Below the pieces are notes generated by a model that was given only the letters and a program-made list of their open reading frames with translations, was not told the DNA's origin and ran no database searches. The position numbers and the translations under genes were made by a program. A stretch of DNA of 64,000 bases from Candidatus Parcubacteria bacterium (lineage in GTDB: Bacteria > Patescibacteriota > Saccharimonadia > UBA4664 > JBIOIQ01), in contig OY970378.1 of NCBI GenBank assembly GCA_963718875.1, positions 4,396 to 68,395 of the forward strand, read 5' to 3'. The stretch's first letter is position 1; every line of letters starts with the position of its first letter. Shown in pieces: positions 30,175-40,124 of the stretch.

Positions 30175-30588
30175 ATGATTGCTGGATATCAAAAACTTGA
30201 GACGGCATTGCGAGACGCTGGCCAAAGCGTAACCACACCGCGTAAAGCCGTCTACTCGGCCATGGCAGGACGAGGACCGGTGAGTATTGAAGTTGTGATA
30301 TCAGCCTGCCTGTCCCAAGCCGATAGGGCTAGCATTTACCGCACGCTAGCATTGTTCCGCCAACTAGGAATTATAGATGATTTAGTGGTAGGTGGGCGCA
30401 AAGTTATAGAGTTGAGCGAAGAATTTTCGGGGCATCATCACCATTTATACTGTACCTCGTGCGGCAAGTCGATTGATATTACAGATAAGCTGATTGAACG
30501 ACGATTGGATGGGGTGGCAGATTTATATGGTTTTTTGGCAACGTCTCATCAGGTGGAAGTAAGTGGGTTGTGTGCTAACTGCCGCTAG
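30175..30588 (+). CDS. Fur-family regulator (Zur-like)
   Basis: T.PR, ASIYRTL, HHHHLYCTSCG, HQVEVSGLCANC. Confidence 0.92.
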   Translation: MIAGYQKLETALRDAGQSVTTPRKAVYSAMAGRGPVSIEVVISACLSQADRASIYRTLALFRQLGIIDDLVVGGRKVIELSEEFSGHHHHLYCTSCGKSIDITDKLIERRLDGVADLYGFLATSHQVEVSGLCANCR

Positions 30589-31233
30589 CTATTCAAATCC
30601 ATGGCGCTTACCCCAGTTTGGAGTATCGTCTAGCCAATCGAGCACCATTTCACGCTCTTCTTCCCCTATTTGACCCCTTTGAACTGCGACATCTACCACA
30701 ATTGGGAAAGTGGTGAGATGAGAAAGGTTTGCGTTTGCGGCTTTTAAGCCATCGACTGACTGAGGCAAGGTGTAGTTATAAATAGCGACAATGTTGTCTG
30801 CTACTCCACCGCTTTCTCGTATGGCTCTTTGAGTTTCTAGGCAGCTCTTGCCAGTAGTAATTAAATCTTCAATGATGACTGCCTTTTGGCCGTGAGAAAG
30901 CAACCCTTCAATCTGACTTTTTTTACCATGTTCCTTGGCTTTGCCTCGTACATACACCATTGGTAGGTTCATCTCATGTGCAATCCATGCCGCATGAGGA
31001 ATGCCGGCAGTAGAAGTGCCCGCTATAACATCAAAGTTACCTATCTCTTTGATCTGCTCAACCAAATATTGGATTACACGCTGGCGTTCGGCTGGGTAAG
31101 ATATAAGTAAACGATTATCAATATAAATCGGACTTAAAAGACCATTTGTAAAACGATATGGTTGTGTTGGATTGAGCGTTACCCCTTTTATCGATAAAAG
31201 AATATCGGCGACCTCTTCGGCTACGTTTGTCAT
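30589..31233 (-). CDS. pyrE: Orotate phosphoribosyltransferase
   Basis: SPIYIDNR, YVRGKAKEHG, IIEDLITTGKS. Confidence 0.95.
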   Translation of the reverse strand: MTNVAEEVADILLSIKGVTLNPTQPYRFTNGLLSPIYIDNRLLISYPAERQRVIQYLVEQIKEIGNFDVIAGTSTAGIPHAAWIAHEMNLPMVYVRGKAKEHGKKSQIEGLLSHGQKAVIIEDLITTGKSCLETQRAIRESGGVADNIVAIYNYTLPQSVDGLKAANANLSHLTTFPIVVDVAVQRGQIGEEEREMVLDWLDDTPNWGKRHGFE

Positions 31234-31237
31234 TATA

Positions 31238-32068
31238 TTACTTATCCTCCCTAGCTTTATTAATAGCATCTCTTAGTTCAATGGTTTTGGCTCGGGCAGC
31301 TTCGGCAAAGTCGGGACCACTTGAAGCAAAGATGATGGCGCGTGAGGAGTTAATAATTAGACCGCCTCTCTGCGAATTCAACCCAGCGTCAAGCATAGAT
31401 TCAAGCTCCCCCCCTTGAGCTCCCATCCCGGGAACTAGTATGGGGGCCGAGGGGCCCACGAGTTCCCTAATCCGTTTTAACTCATTGGGGTATGTAGCAC
31501 CGGCAACCACCATGATATTTTGATATTTGTTCCAGTCCGCCAAGGCCTTTTGGGTTACATATTCATATAGTGGCACAGAATTAATCGATAAGTTTTGAAA
31601 CTCACTGGAGCCAGGATTGGATGTTTTGACCAATATAAACAACCCTTTATCGCTGTAGCCAAAAAACGGCTCTAAAGCTTCCCCGCCTTGATAAGGCTGA
31701 AGTGTGATTGCATCTACCTGTAAGTAGCCGAAAGCAAACTGAGCATACTTTGCATTGGTGTTGCCTATATCACCGCGTTTGAAATCAAGCAATATTGTTA
31801 TGTCAGGATAATTGGTTCGGATATAGTCGCAAGTTTTTTTGAGCTGTTTGATGCCAGTTGCTCCCTCGGCTTCGTAGAAGGCTGAGTTTGGTTTATATGT
31901 GCACACCAGATCGGCTGTGGCGTTAATAATAGCTTTATTGAATGCAAAAAGGCATTCTTCGCTCCCCTTTAAGTGGTCGGGAAGCGCATTGATATCTGGA
32001 TCCAGTCCAACGCAAACTAGTGATTTGTTTTTTTCGACCACCTGGCTTAACTTATCAACAAATGTCAT
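31238..32068 (-). CDS. pyrF: Orotidine-5'-phosphate decarboxylase
   Basis: CVGLDP, KPNSAFYE, DFKRGDIGNT, PGMGAQGG, NSSRAI. Confidence 0.95.
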   Translation of the reverse strand: MTFVDKLSQVVEKNKSLVCVGLDPDINALPDHLKGSEECLFAFNKAIINATADLVCTYKPNSAFYEAEGATGIKQLKKTCDYIRTNYPDITILLDFKRGDIGNTNAKYAQFAFGYLQVDAITLQPYQGGEALEPFFGYSDKGLFILVKTSNPGSSEFQNLSINSVPLYEYVTQKALADWNKYQNIMVVAGATYPNELKRIRELVGPSAPILVPGMGAQGGELESMLDAGLNSQRGGLIINSSRAIIFASSGPDFAEAARAKTIELRDAINKAREDK

Positions 32069-32071
32069 TGT

Positions 32072-32200
32072 TTATGCGCCTGCAATGATGATTACATCGT
32101 CTGACATTTCAGAAAGCGCATCACTCAAATAGTTAATTTTAGAAATAATCTTGCTAAAATCGCCAGCCGCTGAGCCAAAAACACCAATTTTGTATTTCAT
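32072..32200 (-). pseudogene. N-terminal fragment of a LOG/SLOG-like protein (42 aa)
   Basis: MKYKIGVFGSAAG...VIIIAGA then stop, 3 bp before the pyrF start. Confidence 0.5.
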
Positions 32201-32386
32201 ACCATTACTGTAATACAGCTTTCGACTCATTGGCAAACCAAGCTTTGCAAAATTCTTTTAATTGGGTTACTTGACGTACACCATATAAATTATAAATTCG
32301 GCCAACATCTCGCCCTTATTCTCATCACAAACCTGACAAGTTCAGCCCTTGAGATCACTAGCCCCCTTAATGTTTTACCTACATTG

Positions 32387-32416
32387 CGTTTTCATATCAT
32401 ATATAGTATGAAAACG
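32387..32416. promoter_or_regulatory. Palindrome upstream of HTH gene (candidate operator)
   Basis: cgttttcata-N10-tatgaaaacg. Confidence 0.5.
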
Positions 32417-32442
32417 TATAGTAACTAAAAAGGGTCGGGAAG

Positions 32443-32724
32443 ATGAAGATAGACTCCAGAAATTCTACGTTAGAAGCTTTTGGTAAAAAATTAAGGGAAA
32501 GAAGAGAATATTTTGGTGTGTCACAACGTTATTTAGCTGAAAAAGCCGGCACCACTCAGGCGGCGGTGGCGAGGATTGAAGCTGGGCTAGGGAACCCCAC
32601 GCTAGATAAGCTGGAACGGATGGCTAATGTTCTTAATGTCGATCTCAACCTGCGATTTTTTTATTTCGCAATCCAAGTCGAAGAAGTTAAATATGATTTT
32701 GGCCTTCAAAAAGGGCCGATATAG
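32443..32724 (+). CDS. XRE-family HTH regulator
   Basis: SQRYLAEKAGTTQAAVARIEAG..NPTLDKL. Confidence 0.9.
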   Translation: MKIDSRNSTLEAFGKKLRERREYFGVSQRYLAEKAGTTQAAVARIEAGLGNPTLDKLERMANVLNVDLNLRFFYFAIQVEEVKYDFGLQKGPI

Positions 32725-33661
32725 ATAAGCCGCCAAAAACAGCTGTGATGGCATCAGCGATAATAGGAGCGATTGAAAGAACTTCAATTTTAGACTGGTC
32801 GCCGTCACTTTTGATTGGCACTGTGTTGGTAACAATAACTTTCGTAAAAGCGGATTTTTGAATGCGCTCTAAGGCGGGGTCGCTCAAGATTCCATGAGTA
32901 GCCAGGCCATAAATTTCTTTAGCACCGTGTTCAGCCAACAAATCGGCGGCTGCGCAAATGGTACCGGCGGTATCAATCATGTCGTCAACAATAATACAGA
33001 TTTGATCCTTGACCTCACCAATCAAGTACTTGGCTTCTACGGTGTTGTGCTTAGTAAGAGAGCGGTGCTTGTGAATAATGGCTAGGCTACAGTCCAGGGC
33101 GCTGCTATAACGCTCGGCCGTCTTTACCCCACCGGCATCCGGAGATACAACTACAACATTTTTATCAAAATGAGTGCGAACATACTTGCGCAAAACCGGC
33201 ATGGCAATTAAATGGTCAAACGGGCCATTAAAAAAACCTTGGGTTTGACCTGAGTGCAAATCTACACTCATTATTCGGTTAGCGCCGGCAGACGCCAGCA
33301 TGTCTATAACGATACGGGCGGCTATTGGCTCACGTCCGCTGGCACGACGATCTTGGCGGGCATAGCCAAGTAGTGGGCAAACAGCCGTAATTGAGCGGGC
33401 CGATGCACGTTTGGCGGCGTCGATCATAAGTACTTGCTCCATGATGGCTTCGTTAACGTTAGTCCCACCATGAGTTTGGACTATAAACAGATCGCTGCCG
33501 CGGATAGACTCATCTAGGCGGCAGCTGATTTCGCCGTTGGCAAAATTTCCAAGCTGGGCTTTGCCAAGCGGCACGTCTAGCGCCTGAGCTATCTCTTGAG
33601 CAAGTTCTGGATATGCGCGGCCGGAAAGGATTTGCAGCCTCCGCTTTTGAACCTCAATCAT
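32687..33661 (-). CDS. prs: Ribose-phosphate pyrophosphokinase
   Basis: FANGE, YARQDR, DLHSGQ, VSPDAGG, VDDMIDTAGT. Confidence 0.97.
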   Translation of the reverse strand: MIEVQKRRLQILSGRAYPELAQEIAQALDVPLGKAQLGNFANGEISCRLDESIRGSDLFIVQTHGGTNVNEAIMEQVLMIDAAKRASARSITAVCPLLGYARQDRRASGREPIAARIVIDMLASAGANRIMSVDLHSGQTQGFFNGPFDHLIAMPVLRKYVRTHFDKNVVVVSPDAGGVKTAERYSSALDCSLAIIHKHRSLTKHNTVEAKYLIGEVKDQICIIVDDMIDTAGTICAAADLLAEHGAKEIYGLATHGILSDPALERIQKSAFTKVIVTNTVPIKSDGDQSKIEVLSIAPIIADAITAVFGGLSISALFEGQNHI

Positions 33662-33899
33662 GATTTAATGATACCAGACCCGTTTGGCTTCCCCTATAGC
33701 AAGCTTTTGTAGAAATTTGTATCGCCTATAGCTTTGTGACAGGACTTTTGTAGCGCACTGTAAGATTAACCAGGCTGATTAAACACCCTTGCAAAGGTAT
33801 TTTTTGACCTTCAAAAAAAGGTCTTGAACTATGATTTTAATCCGTTAGCATGGAAAATATCGATGAAGCTTAAAGTACTAGTAGGTATGGGATTAAACG

Positions 33900-35432
33900 A
33901 TGAAGCCAAATAACATTCTTAGCGCAGAATCGCTGGACAATACGCGCGCAGAGCTAGAAAGCGGCGAAGGCATTCAAGCTAGCAATTGGCAGCTTTTTAA
34001 AGGAGCTATTTTTGGTCGTGACTCTGCCCGCGTGGCGTTAGACCTGGTGGCCGCTCGCAAGCATCCTGAGCTGGTGCAAAAAATTATTGCTTCATTACTA
34101 TATTGCCAGGGACGGGATGCTAATTTTTTAACTGGAGAGGAACCGGGACGGATTCATCATGAGCACCGTCGACTAACCTTTGATGGCCAGTCTATTGACC
34201 ACGATACAGAGAATGTCTTTTGGGAGTTGGCAAATTTATGGGGGCAAGTTCACTCAGCCATAACTACGAAGGAAATTATTAGTTATGGCTCAGTCGATGC
34301 TGCACCTCAGTTTGTTAGGCTAGTGTATCAATTTTGCGAATGGCAAGGCTGGGAGTTCTTAGAAAATTCCTATCCTACCCGTGATGGCGGTAGTAGAACA
34401 GTCCTAGCGAGCCTGGAAGATGCATTGAGCTGGATAAGCAGCCGAATTTCAGCCTCAGATTTAGGATTATTAGAAAAGCTTCCAAGTACCATTAAGTGCT
34501 GGGAGACTATGCGGGATGGCACTATGTCTTATCTCCACGAAAATGGTGCGCTGGGCAATGATGAAGCGCCATTTGCTTCTATTGAAGTGCAGGGGTTGGC
34601 TTATGACGCTTTAATGTATGGCACTAAGTTATTTCCGAACCATTACAGAATAAGGGCGTGGGTAAAACAGGCTGAGTATTTGCAAAAGCAAGTATTAGAA
34701 TTGTTCTATTTGCCGGACAAACATTTTTTTGCACAAGCGATTGACCGTGACAAACACGGAAACTCACGGATTATGACTACTCGTACTTCTTTGCCACCCG
34801 AACTGCTCGAAACCAGTATTTTTGAAAAGCTTCCTCGAAAATGGTCTAAAAAAATTATTATTACGGATTTAATTAGACCAATGTTTAGCGAAGAGTTTTT
34901 AACTCCGGTGGGCTTACGAATGCGGTCTTTACAGCATAAAAACTTAACTGACTATGCGGATTACCAAGGATCACTTGTGTCATGGGCGGCTTGTAGCAAT
35001 GTGCTAGCATTGGGCCTACGCCGTTATGGGTTCGTTAAGCTCGCCCAAGATATTGAGCAGCGAATGCTGGAAGGATTGAAGAGAACCAATAACTTTGTTG
35101 AGTTTTGGTACACCATGGAAGATGGACGTGTCCACTATGATGAAGGAAAGCAGACTCCTTGTCCTGGCAAACCGGAAATAATCAAAGCCACCAACATTCC
35201 AGAAATAACCCAAGCATGGACTTGGTCGGCGGCAGTGCGCTCTATCCAAGCCATAGAGAACGAGTCCAAACCTCCTCGTCAACAAAAATGGCAGCGAGAG
35301 TTAACGGCGGAATGTCTTTTTAACGCAGGACGTTTGGACTCGGCCCATTTGCCTAGTAGCCATTTTCATATTAACACCCAAGAAGGGGTTGAAAAGGAAC
35401 GGGCTTTTTTGAAGCGACAAGCAGCGCTTTGA
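33900..35432 (+). CDS. Glycogen debranching enzyme / amylo-alpha-1,6-glucosidase-like protein
   Basis: FGRDS, EEPGRIHHE, YGSVDA, EVQGLAYDA, YQGS, QAWT. Confidence 0.85.
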   Translation: MKPNNILSAESLDNTRAELESGEGIQASNWQLFKGAIFGRDSARVALDLVAARKHPELVQKIIASLLYCQGRDANFLTGEEPGRIHHEHRRLTFDGQSIDHDTENVFWELANLWGQVHSAITTKEIISYGSVDAAPQFVRLVYQFCEWQGWEFLENSYPTRDGGSRTVLASLEDALSWISSRISASDLGLLEKLPSTIKCWETMRDGTMSYLHENGALGNDEAPFASIEVQGLAYDALMYGTKLFPNHYRIRAWVKQAEYLQKQVLELFYLPDKHFFAQAIDRDKHGNSRIMTTRTSLPPELLETSIFEKLPRKWSKKIIITDLIRPMFSEEFLTPVGLRMRSLQHKNLTDYADYQGSLVSWAACSNVLALGLRRYGFVKLAQDIEQRMLEGLKRTNNFVEFWYTMEDGRVHYDEGKQTPCPGKPEIIKATNIPEITQAWTWSAAVRSIQAIENESKPPRQQKWQRELTAECLFNAGRLDSAHLPSSHFHINTQEGVEKERAFLKRQAAL

Positions 35433-35496
35433 CCAGATTTGGCAACCAGACTTCATGTCCTTGCGTTTTTTGACTATGAGTCTGACTTCAACTATC

Positions 35497-36246
35497 TTAA
35501 AACTGTGATAGCCCAAGCACCAGACTAATGAATCCGGCCGCGATGACGGTCCAAAAGATCACTTGACTATAGTGTCGATCACTAACCCGCTTGACGGTTC
35601 TTCTGCCCACTTGATGCCCAATAACTGTAAGGGGTATCAGTAATGCAGCTACGTAAACACCCCTTAGCGTTAAGGAACTGTGTTTCAAAGTATAAATAAT
35701 GCCTATGCCGGCAATGTTCATAGTTAAAAAAATCATAGCCAGGGTGTCTCTTATTTGATTGCGATTAATTTTATGACTACGCAACCAGATTACCAGGGGT
35801 GGCCCACCCAATGACGTCGATGTGTTAAGAATCCCGGCGCAGAATCCTGCTAAGACACTAGTAAAGGAGGGTTTGGGAGGTGTTACGGGGTTAGGAGCAA
35901 GGTATTTCTGGATCATTGCTCCCGCGATAACAAGTATGCCCAAAATGACTTGCAAAAGCTCTTTGTGAATTACTGTCACAATCAATGCACCAATGACGAG
36001 ACCTGGAAGTGCCGAGACGGTAAGCGAGACAATAATTGATCTGGAGTATTCTCGCTGTCGATCTTCTCCGTACAAAATTAAAAGATTCAGCGCACTGGCA
36101 ACTATCAAGCTAGTTGTTACCGAGACAGATGGGGGGAAGTAGATGAGAAGTACCGGTGCCAGAAAAAAAACAAAACCAAACCCGACGACTGTCTGCAAGA
36201 AAGCCCCTATTAACGTGACGATGGATAAGAGTAAAATTTCAATCAT
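35497..36246 (-). CDS. TauE/SafE-family membrane exporter
   Basis: GFGF and GGPPLV motifs, ~8 TMs. Confidence 0.88.
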   Translation of the reverse strand: MIEILLLSIVTLIGAFLQTVVGFGFVFFLAPVLLIYFPPSVSVTTSLIVASALNLLILYGEDRQREYSRSIIVSLTVSALPGLVIGALIVTVIHKELLQVILGILVIAGAMIQKYLAPNPVTPPKPSFTSVLAGFCAGILNTSTSLGGPPLVIWLRSHKINRNQIRDTLAMIFLTMNIAGIGIIYTLKHSSLTLRGVYVAALLIPLTVIGHQVGRRTVKRVSDRHYSQVIFWTVIAAGFISLVLGLSQF

Positions 36247-36298
36247 CAATATAGCAGTTGACGCCTAAAACCAAGTTAAAGGACATGCTAACATCCTA

Positions 36299-36763
36299 TC
36301 ATAGGCCGGTTTTAGGTTCATGCTGGGACATTCGTCGTTCAGCCGCCGTTACACTTTGAATGGTCCAGGGCGGTGCCTGCGGGTTTTTAATAATTTCTGC
36401 CCACGTCAGCCAATGCACCGCCTTTACTTCATCGGGGCTTTTTGCGCTGGCCGTACCAAAAAAATCTCGACACAAGAAAGCAACGCTTAAACACATTACC
36501 CCCGTATCCATTATGAAAGTTTTACTTTCTAAGTATTCAAGTGTCTGCAAACGCAAGCCAACTTCTTCTAGACATTCCCGCCGAAGAGCCTGCTCCAGCG
36601 CATCTGGCGAGGTAACGATGAGATCAACTTTACCGCCGGGTATAGAGAGCATGCCTGGAGCATGCTCTTCCTGGTCAGAACGTTCAATAATTAAGTAAGA
36701 GTTGTTGCGGCACACAACTGCTTCGACATTAACAATAAAGTAAGGGGGCTGTGTCATATCCAT
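36299..36763 (-). CDS. NUDIX hydrolase
   Basis: PGGKVD...ALRRECLEEVGL. Confidence 0.92.
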   Translation of the reverse strand: MDMTQPPYFIVNVEAVVCRNNSYLIIERSDQEEHAPGMLSIPGGKVDLIVTSPDALEQALRRECLEEVGLRLQTLEYLESKTFIMDTGVMCLSVAFLCRDFFGTASAKSPDEVKAVHWLTWAEIIKNPQAPPWTIQSVTAAERRMSQHEPKTGL

Positions 36764-36771
36764 ATAATACC

Positions 36772-37536
36772 TTATAAAAAAGGTTGGCAAACAGGACAGA
36801 AATAGGTCGATCGCTTGAGCGCCGCGCCTTGATATATACGCATAATTTTGGTGTTGCAAAAAAAGCAGGGTTGACCATTGCGTCGATAAACAAAATTGGG
36901 GATGGTTTTTTGTCCAGTAGTATTAATGGGCCCGGAACGCGTTATATCGGCAATCATTTGGGGATGCAAAAAATCAAATAACTTTTGATACTTTTCTGAT
37001 GTAATTTGATTAGCAGGAACGAGTGGATTTAAGTGGGCTACAAATAACCCTTCAGACTTATAAATGTTGCCCACCCCTGCCACTATCGCTTGATCCAGCA
37101 AAGCTTCGCCAATGGCTCGACTATCCTTGTAAAGATACTCGAAGGCAGCGCTTGGATTTCGGCTTTTTAAAACTTCCGGACCAATAAGAGATTGGATACG
37201 CAAGGCTTGCTCGTGAGTAATATGTTTAAGTATGCCTCCGCCAAAATAGCCTAAGGATCCTCGGTTGGTAATAAAACCGGTATTAAGGCGTTTTTTGCCA
37301 ATAGCTTCTAAGGTAGTCCGCCACGACCCCCACATTAGCATGTGATTGTATATAACCGTTCCATTGGCTAGGGTTATAAAAATGTTTTTACCTTTGGATG
37401 TAGCGTTTACAATATTGATAGGTAACGATAATTCCCATGGTACGCGCGAAGGCGGGTGCCGGATAAATAAAATGGTTGAACCTGAAAAATGGTTTATCAA
37501 ATTGGCGGACTTTGCTACTTGTGGCCCCTCTGGCAT
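36772..37536 (-). CDS. Fpg/Nei DNA glycosylase (endonuclease VIII-like)
   Basis: MPEG, KGK, H..MWGSW, LLDQ..VAGVGNIYKSE, C-terminal zinc finger. Confidence 0.93.
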   Translation of the reverse strand: MPEGPQVAKSANLINHFSGSTILFIRHPPSRVPWELSLPINIVNATSKGKNIFITLANGTVIYNHMLMWGSWRTTLEAIGKKRLNTGFITNRGSLGYFGGGILKHITHEQALRIQSLIGPEVLKSRNPSAAFEYLYKDSRAIGEALLDQAIVAGVGNIYKSEGLFVAHLNPLVPANQITSEKYQKLFDFLHPQMIADITRSGPINTTGQKTIPNFVYRRNGQPCFFCNTKIMRIYQGAALKRSTYFCPVCQPFL

Positions 37537-37589
37537 TATGATTGCCTTGCTCTATTATAGCGTAAGGCGAGACGTGTATACTTGTGGCT

Positions 37590-37955
37590 ATGGATCATGC
37601 TTGGTTGTCCTTGCTATTTGCCCTGGCCGTTACTGAACTAACTCACAACGCTATTGAAATTTGGGGGATCCGACAAAAGGTATCCTGGTTGACTGCGCGC
37701 CTTGACGGGTTGGAGCATTCGAAATGGCCTATCAACATAGATACTAAAGCAAAAGTTGCGTTAGTACATGGGGCAATTTTAATTGTGCTCGCCGGTCCGG
37801 TGTGGCTAGCTTCGGAGTTATTAATATTGCCTCCAAGCACTTTAATTATAGGATCAGCGACGGTTTTGCTGGCAAGTTTTATCTACACGACAATTTCGGT
37901 TGATCGGTACCACACGGAAATTAGCAAGGTACTGAAGCGTTTTAAGCGGTTTTAA
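37590..37955 (+). CDS. Hypothetical membrane protein
   Basis: Three hydrophobic segments; TATACT 7 nt before ATG. Confidence 0.7.
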   Translation: MDHAWLSLLFALAVTELTHNAIEIWGIRQKVSWLTARLDGLEHSKWPINIDTKAKVALVHGAILIVLAGPVWLASELLILPPSTLIIGSATVLLASFIYTTISVDRYHTEISKVLKRFKRF

Positions 37956-38020
37956 ATTGGGTCAAAGCAGCCAAAAGTTATCATTATGTTTAGTAGTTAT
38001 GTTCTTAAACAAGGTTTGCG

Positions 38021-38965
38021 TTAAAACCCTTGAGCTGACGATAACATGCGGCCTTTTCGATGGCGCTCACCCAACCAAAAACTTATCATCATTAAAAAGG
38101 CTGTAACCCACAGCGGCCAAGCTATTTGTAATCCCCCTCCAAGAGGCGCTCCGCCGGTTCCAGCAAGTGCCACGGCCTTTCCATTGATAATTGTTATTAG
38201 CTGCAAGTAAGCCGTATTGCCGTTGGCGTCAGAGGCACGGACAATCACAGTGTAGTTGCCAGGCTTAGAATATGAGTGAACGGCCTGAAGTTTGCCATCT
38301 TGGCTACTATAAAGGTTGCTTTTGCCATCCCCCCATTCCAGGTTGATGGCATACGGAGCCTTGCCCCCACTAACATTTACGACCCAGCTCAAACTGTCAA
38401 ACGGAAACGCACCGCGGTACAAAATGGTGTCGGAGTTTATGGTTAACGGGGGTAGAGTGGTAACAATTGGGTTGCCAGTGGTGGGGCCAGGGTTGGGACG
38501 AGGATTAGCAACCGGAACTAGGGGCGGTGGTGGTGGATCATAGAAAACTGTTACTCCGGGGGTAGTTGGGCCTTGTCGGTCAAAGATGTCATAAACTTGA
38601 GCAACAAGGTTATTTTGCCCTGGTACAAGATCGATTTGTAAATTAAAGTTTCCGTCCAAGCCGCAATAGGTGGTACCCGCAAACACGTTGTTGCGTAAGA
38701 TTTTGACATAAGCGTCGCTGGGGCAAGTTCCTGTCACTGCTATGGGTAAGGTATTAAAACGCTGAGCGCTTGTTGGTGAGGTTATGTATGCGCCGACAGT
38801 CGGTGCGGGGCCAATAATGGCGGATGAAATTGTTTGGGAAGCACGGCTAGAATATGAGCAAGCCGACAGGATCACTCCCGTTGCTAAAAGCATGAATGTT
38901 AAACCTGCATATGAAGTGTGATGATGAGGCAGTCGGCGACCGGAATAGTGATGCTTGCTTAGCAT
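38021..38965 (-). CDS. Ig-like/PKD membrane protein with HHTSY motif (paralog of 16284-17252)
   Basis: PHHHTSY, WGDG PKD, Pro-rich linker, SFWLGE. Confidence 0.8.
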   Translation of the reverse strand: MLSKHHYSGRRLPHHHTSYAGLTFMLLATGVILSACSYSSRASQTISSAIIGPAPTVGAYITSPTSAQRFNTLPIAVTGTCPSDAYVKILRNNVFAGTTYCGLDGNFNLQIDLVPGQNNLVAQVYDIFDRQGPTTPGVTVFYDPPPPPLVPVANPRPNPGPTTGNPIVTTLPPLTINSDTILYRGAFPFDSLSWVVNVSGGKAPYAINLEWGDGKSNLYSSQDGKLQAVHSYSKPGNYTVIVRASDANGNTAYLQLITIINGKAVALAGTGGAPLGGGLQIAWPLWVTAFLMMISFWLGERHRKGRMLSSAQGF

Positions 38966-39087
38966 AAGCGTATTGTCTCACAAAACTTGGTGGCTTTAAA
39001 AAACAAGGGACAAGATTCTTTTAGTAGGAGACTGTTTATGGTTTGGTTAATTAGCCGTTGTCTCATTCCCGACTTCTCCAGCACTAA

Positions 39088-39175
39088 CCGCCATCACTGC
39101 ATTTCTCGTATAGGTCTAACATAGACTGCTTTTAAGCGTTTTAAACATGTCTAACTTAGACTTATAGCAAATGTG
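39088..39175. repeat. ~88-bp dispersed palindromic repeat, copy 2
   Basis: Reverse complement of 25711-25798. Confidence 0.85.
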
Positions 39176-39285
39176 GCACGTCCAAAGGGATCCCTAGTCA
39201 CCCCAGATCCACCGGTCATCCGTCGCTTGACGCATGACCGGATGACAAGAAAGGCTTCTTGATTCAGGGTCCTAACTATTACCTA

Positions 39286-39477
39286 TGTACCGCCTTTAGG
39301 ACAGTAGTTCAACTGATCAAATACGAGTAGCTGCAAGAAATCACTCGTCTAAAACGTTTAAACGGGCTCTGATTAGCTGGGCTCTTGCAACGATCAATAA
39401 TGCCCCAAAATAGATAAACATTACTTGGAAGCGCTTGAGGTGGCAAAACCTCAGAGCACTGTCCTAAAGGCGGTACA
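39286..39477. mobile_element. MITE (192 bp) with TGT...ACA 20-bp TIRs
   Basis: tgtaccgcctttaggacagt ... actgtcctaaaggcggtaca; flanks ttaccta / ttgccta. Confidence 0.75.
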
Positions 39478-39551
39478 TTGCCTAAAATGATGTGAGCTCC
39501 TTTTAAGGGCTGGGCTCTATCTCATATTTAAATGTTTAGAATGATGACCTG

Positions 39552-40016
39552 TTAGTTGACTTGTTTGCCCCACTTCAAAGTGTACTTTTGGGCTGGAGTC
39601 GACTCAATACTATCAAGTAAATAAAAGTTGTCCACCGAGATCATATAAAATTTATGGCCTTCGACGGTTTTGGCCTCATCTACTATTGTTGAGTCGGTAT
39701 CAAACCTGGAACAGTAAAGTGTATAGGCCGGATGATTTACGCTTACATCAGTAAGCAGCTTTGCTGTGCCATCAAAGAAGACGCCCCGCAACTTTTGGCC
39801 AACAATATGTTGCGTGACTATACTACCAGCTACCGTTGGATTAGCTGCAATGTCTTGGCTATGACGTCGCGACTCAAGAGATCGGAAGTAAAAATTAAGG
39901 TCACTATCATAAACGTAGTGAAGTTCACATGCCCAGGGTTTATTGTCGCGCGCTGTAGACAGAGACATGTGAATAATGTTGGGCAAGTACTCGCGAATTA
40001 CTTTTTCTACATCCAT
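39552..40016 (-). CDS. Pyridoxamine 5'-phosphate oxidase-like (split barrel) protein
   Basis: MSLST..NKPW, SRRHSQDIAANPTVAG. Confidence 0.85.
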   Translation of the reverse strand: MDVEKVIREYLPNIIHMSLSTARDNKPWACELHYVYDSDLNFYFRSLESRRHSQDIAANPTVAGSIVTQHIVGQKLRGVFFDGTAKLLTDVSVNHPAYTLYCSRFDTDSTIVDEAKTVEGHKFYMISVDNFYLLDSIESTPAQKYTLKWGKQVN

Positions 40017-40124
40017 GTGTTCTCCTATATACTCGGCAATGATAACATTTTTTTGTCAGCATGATTTCTGGAATATTACTGGGTTTAATCGCTAGGTTAC
40101 GTTATCTTTGCTAGTATTAGTGTA

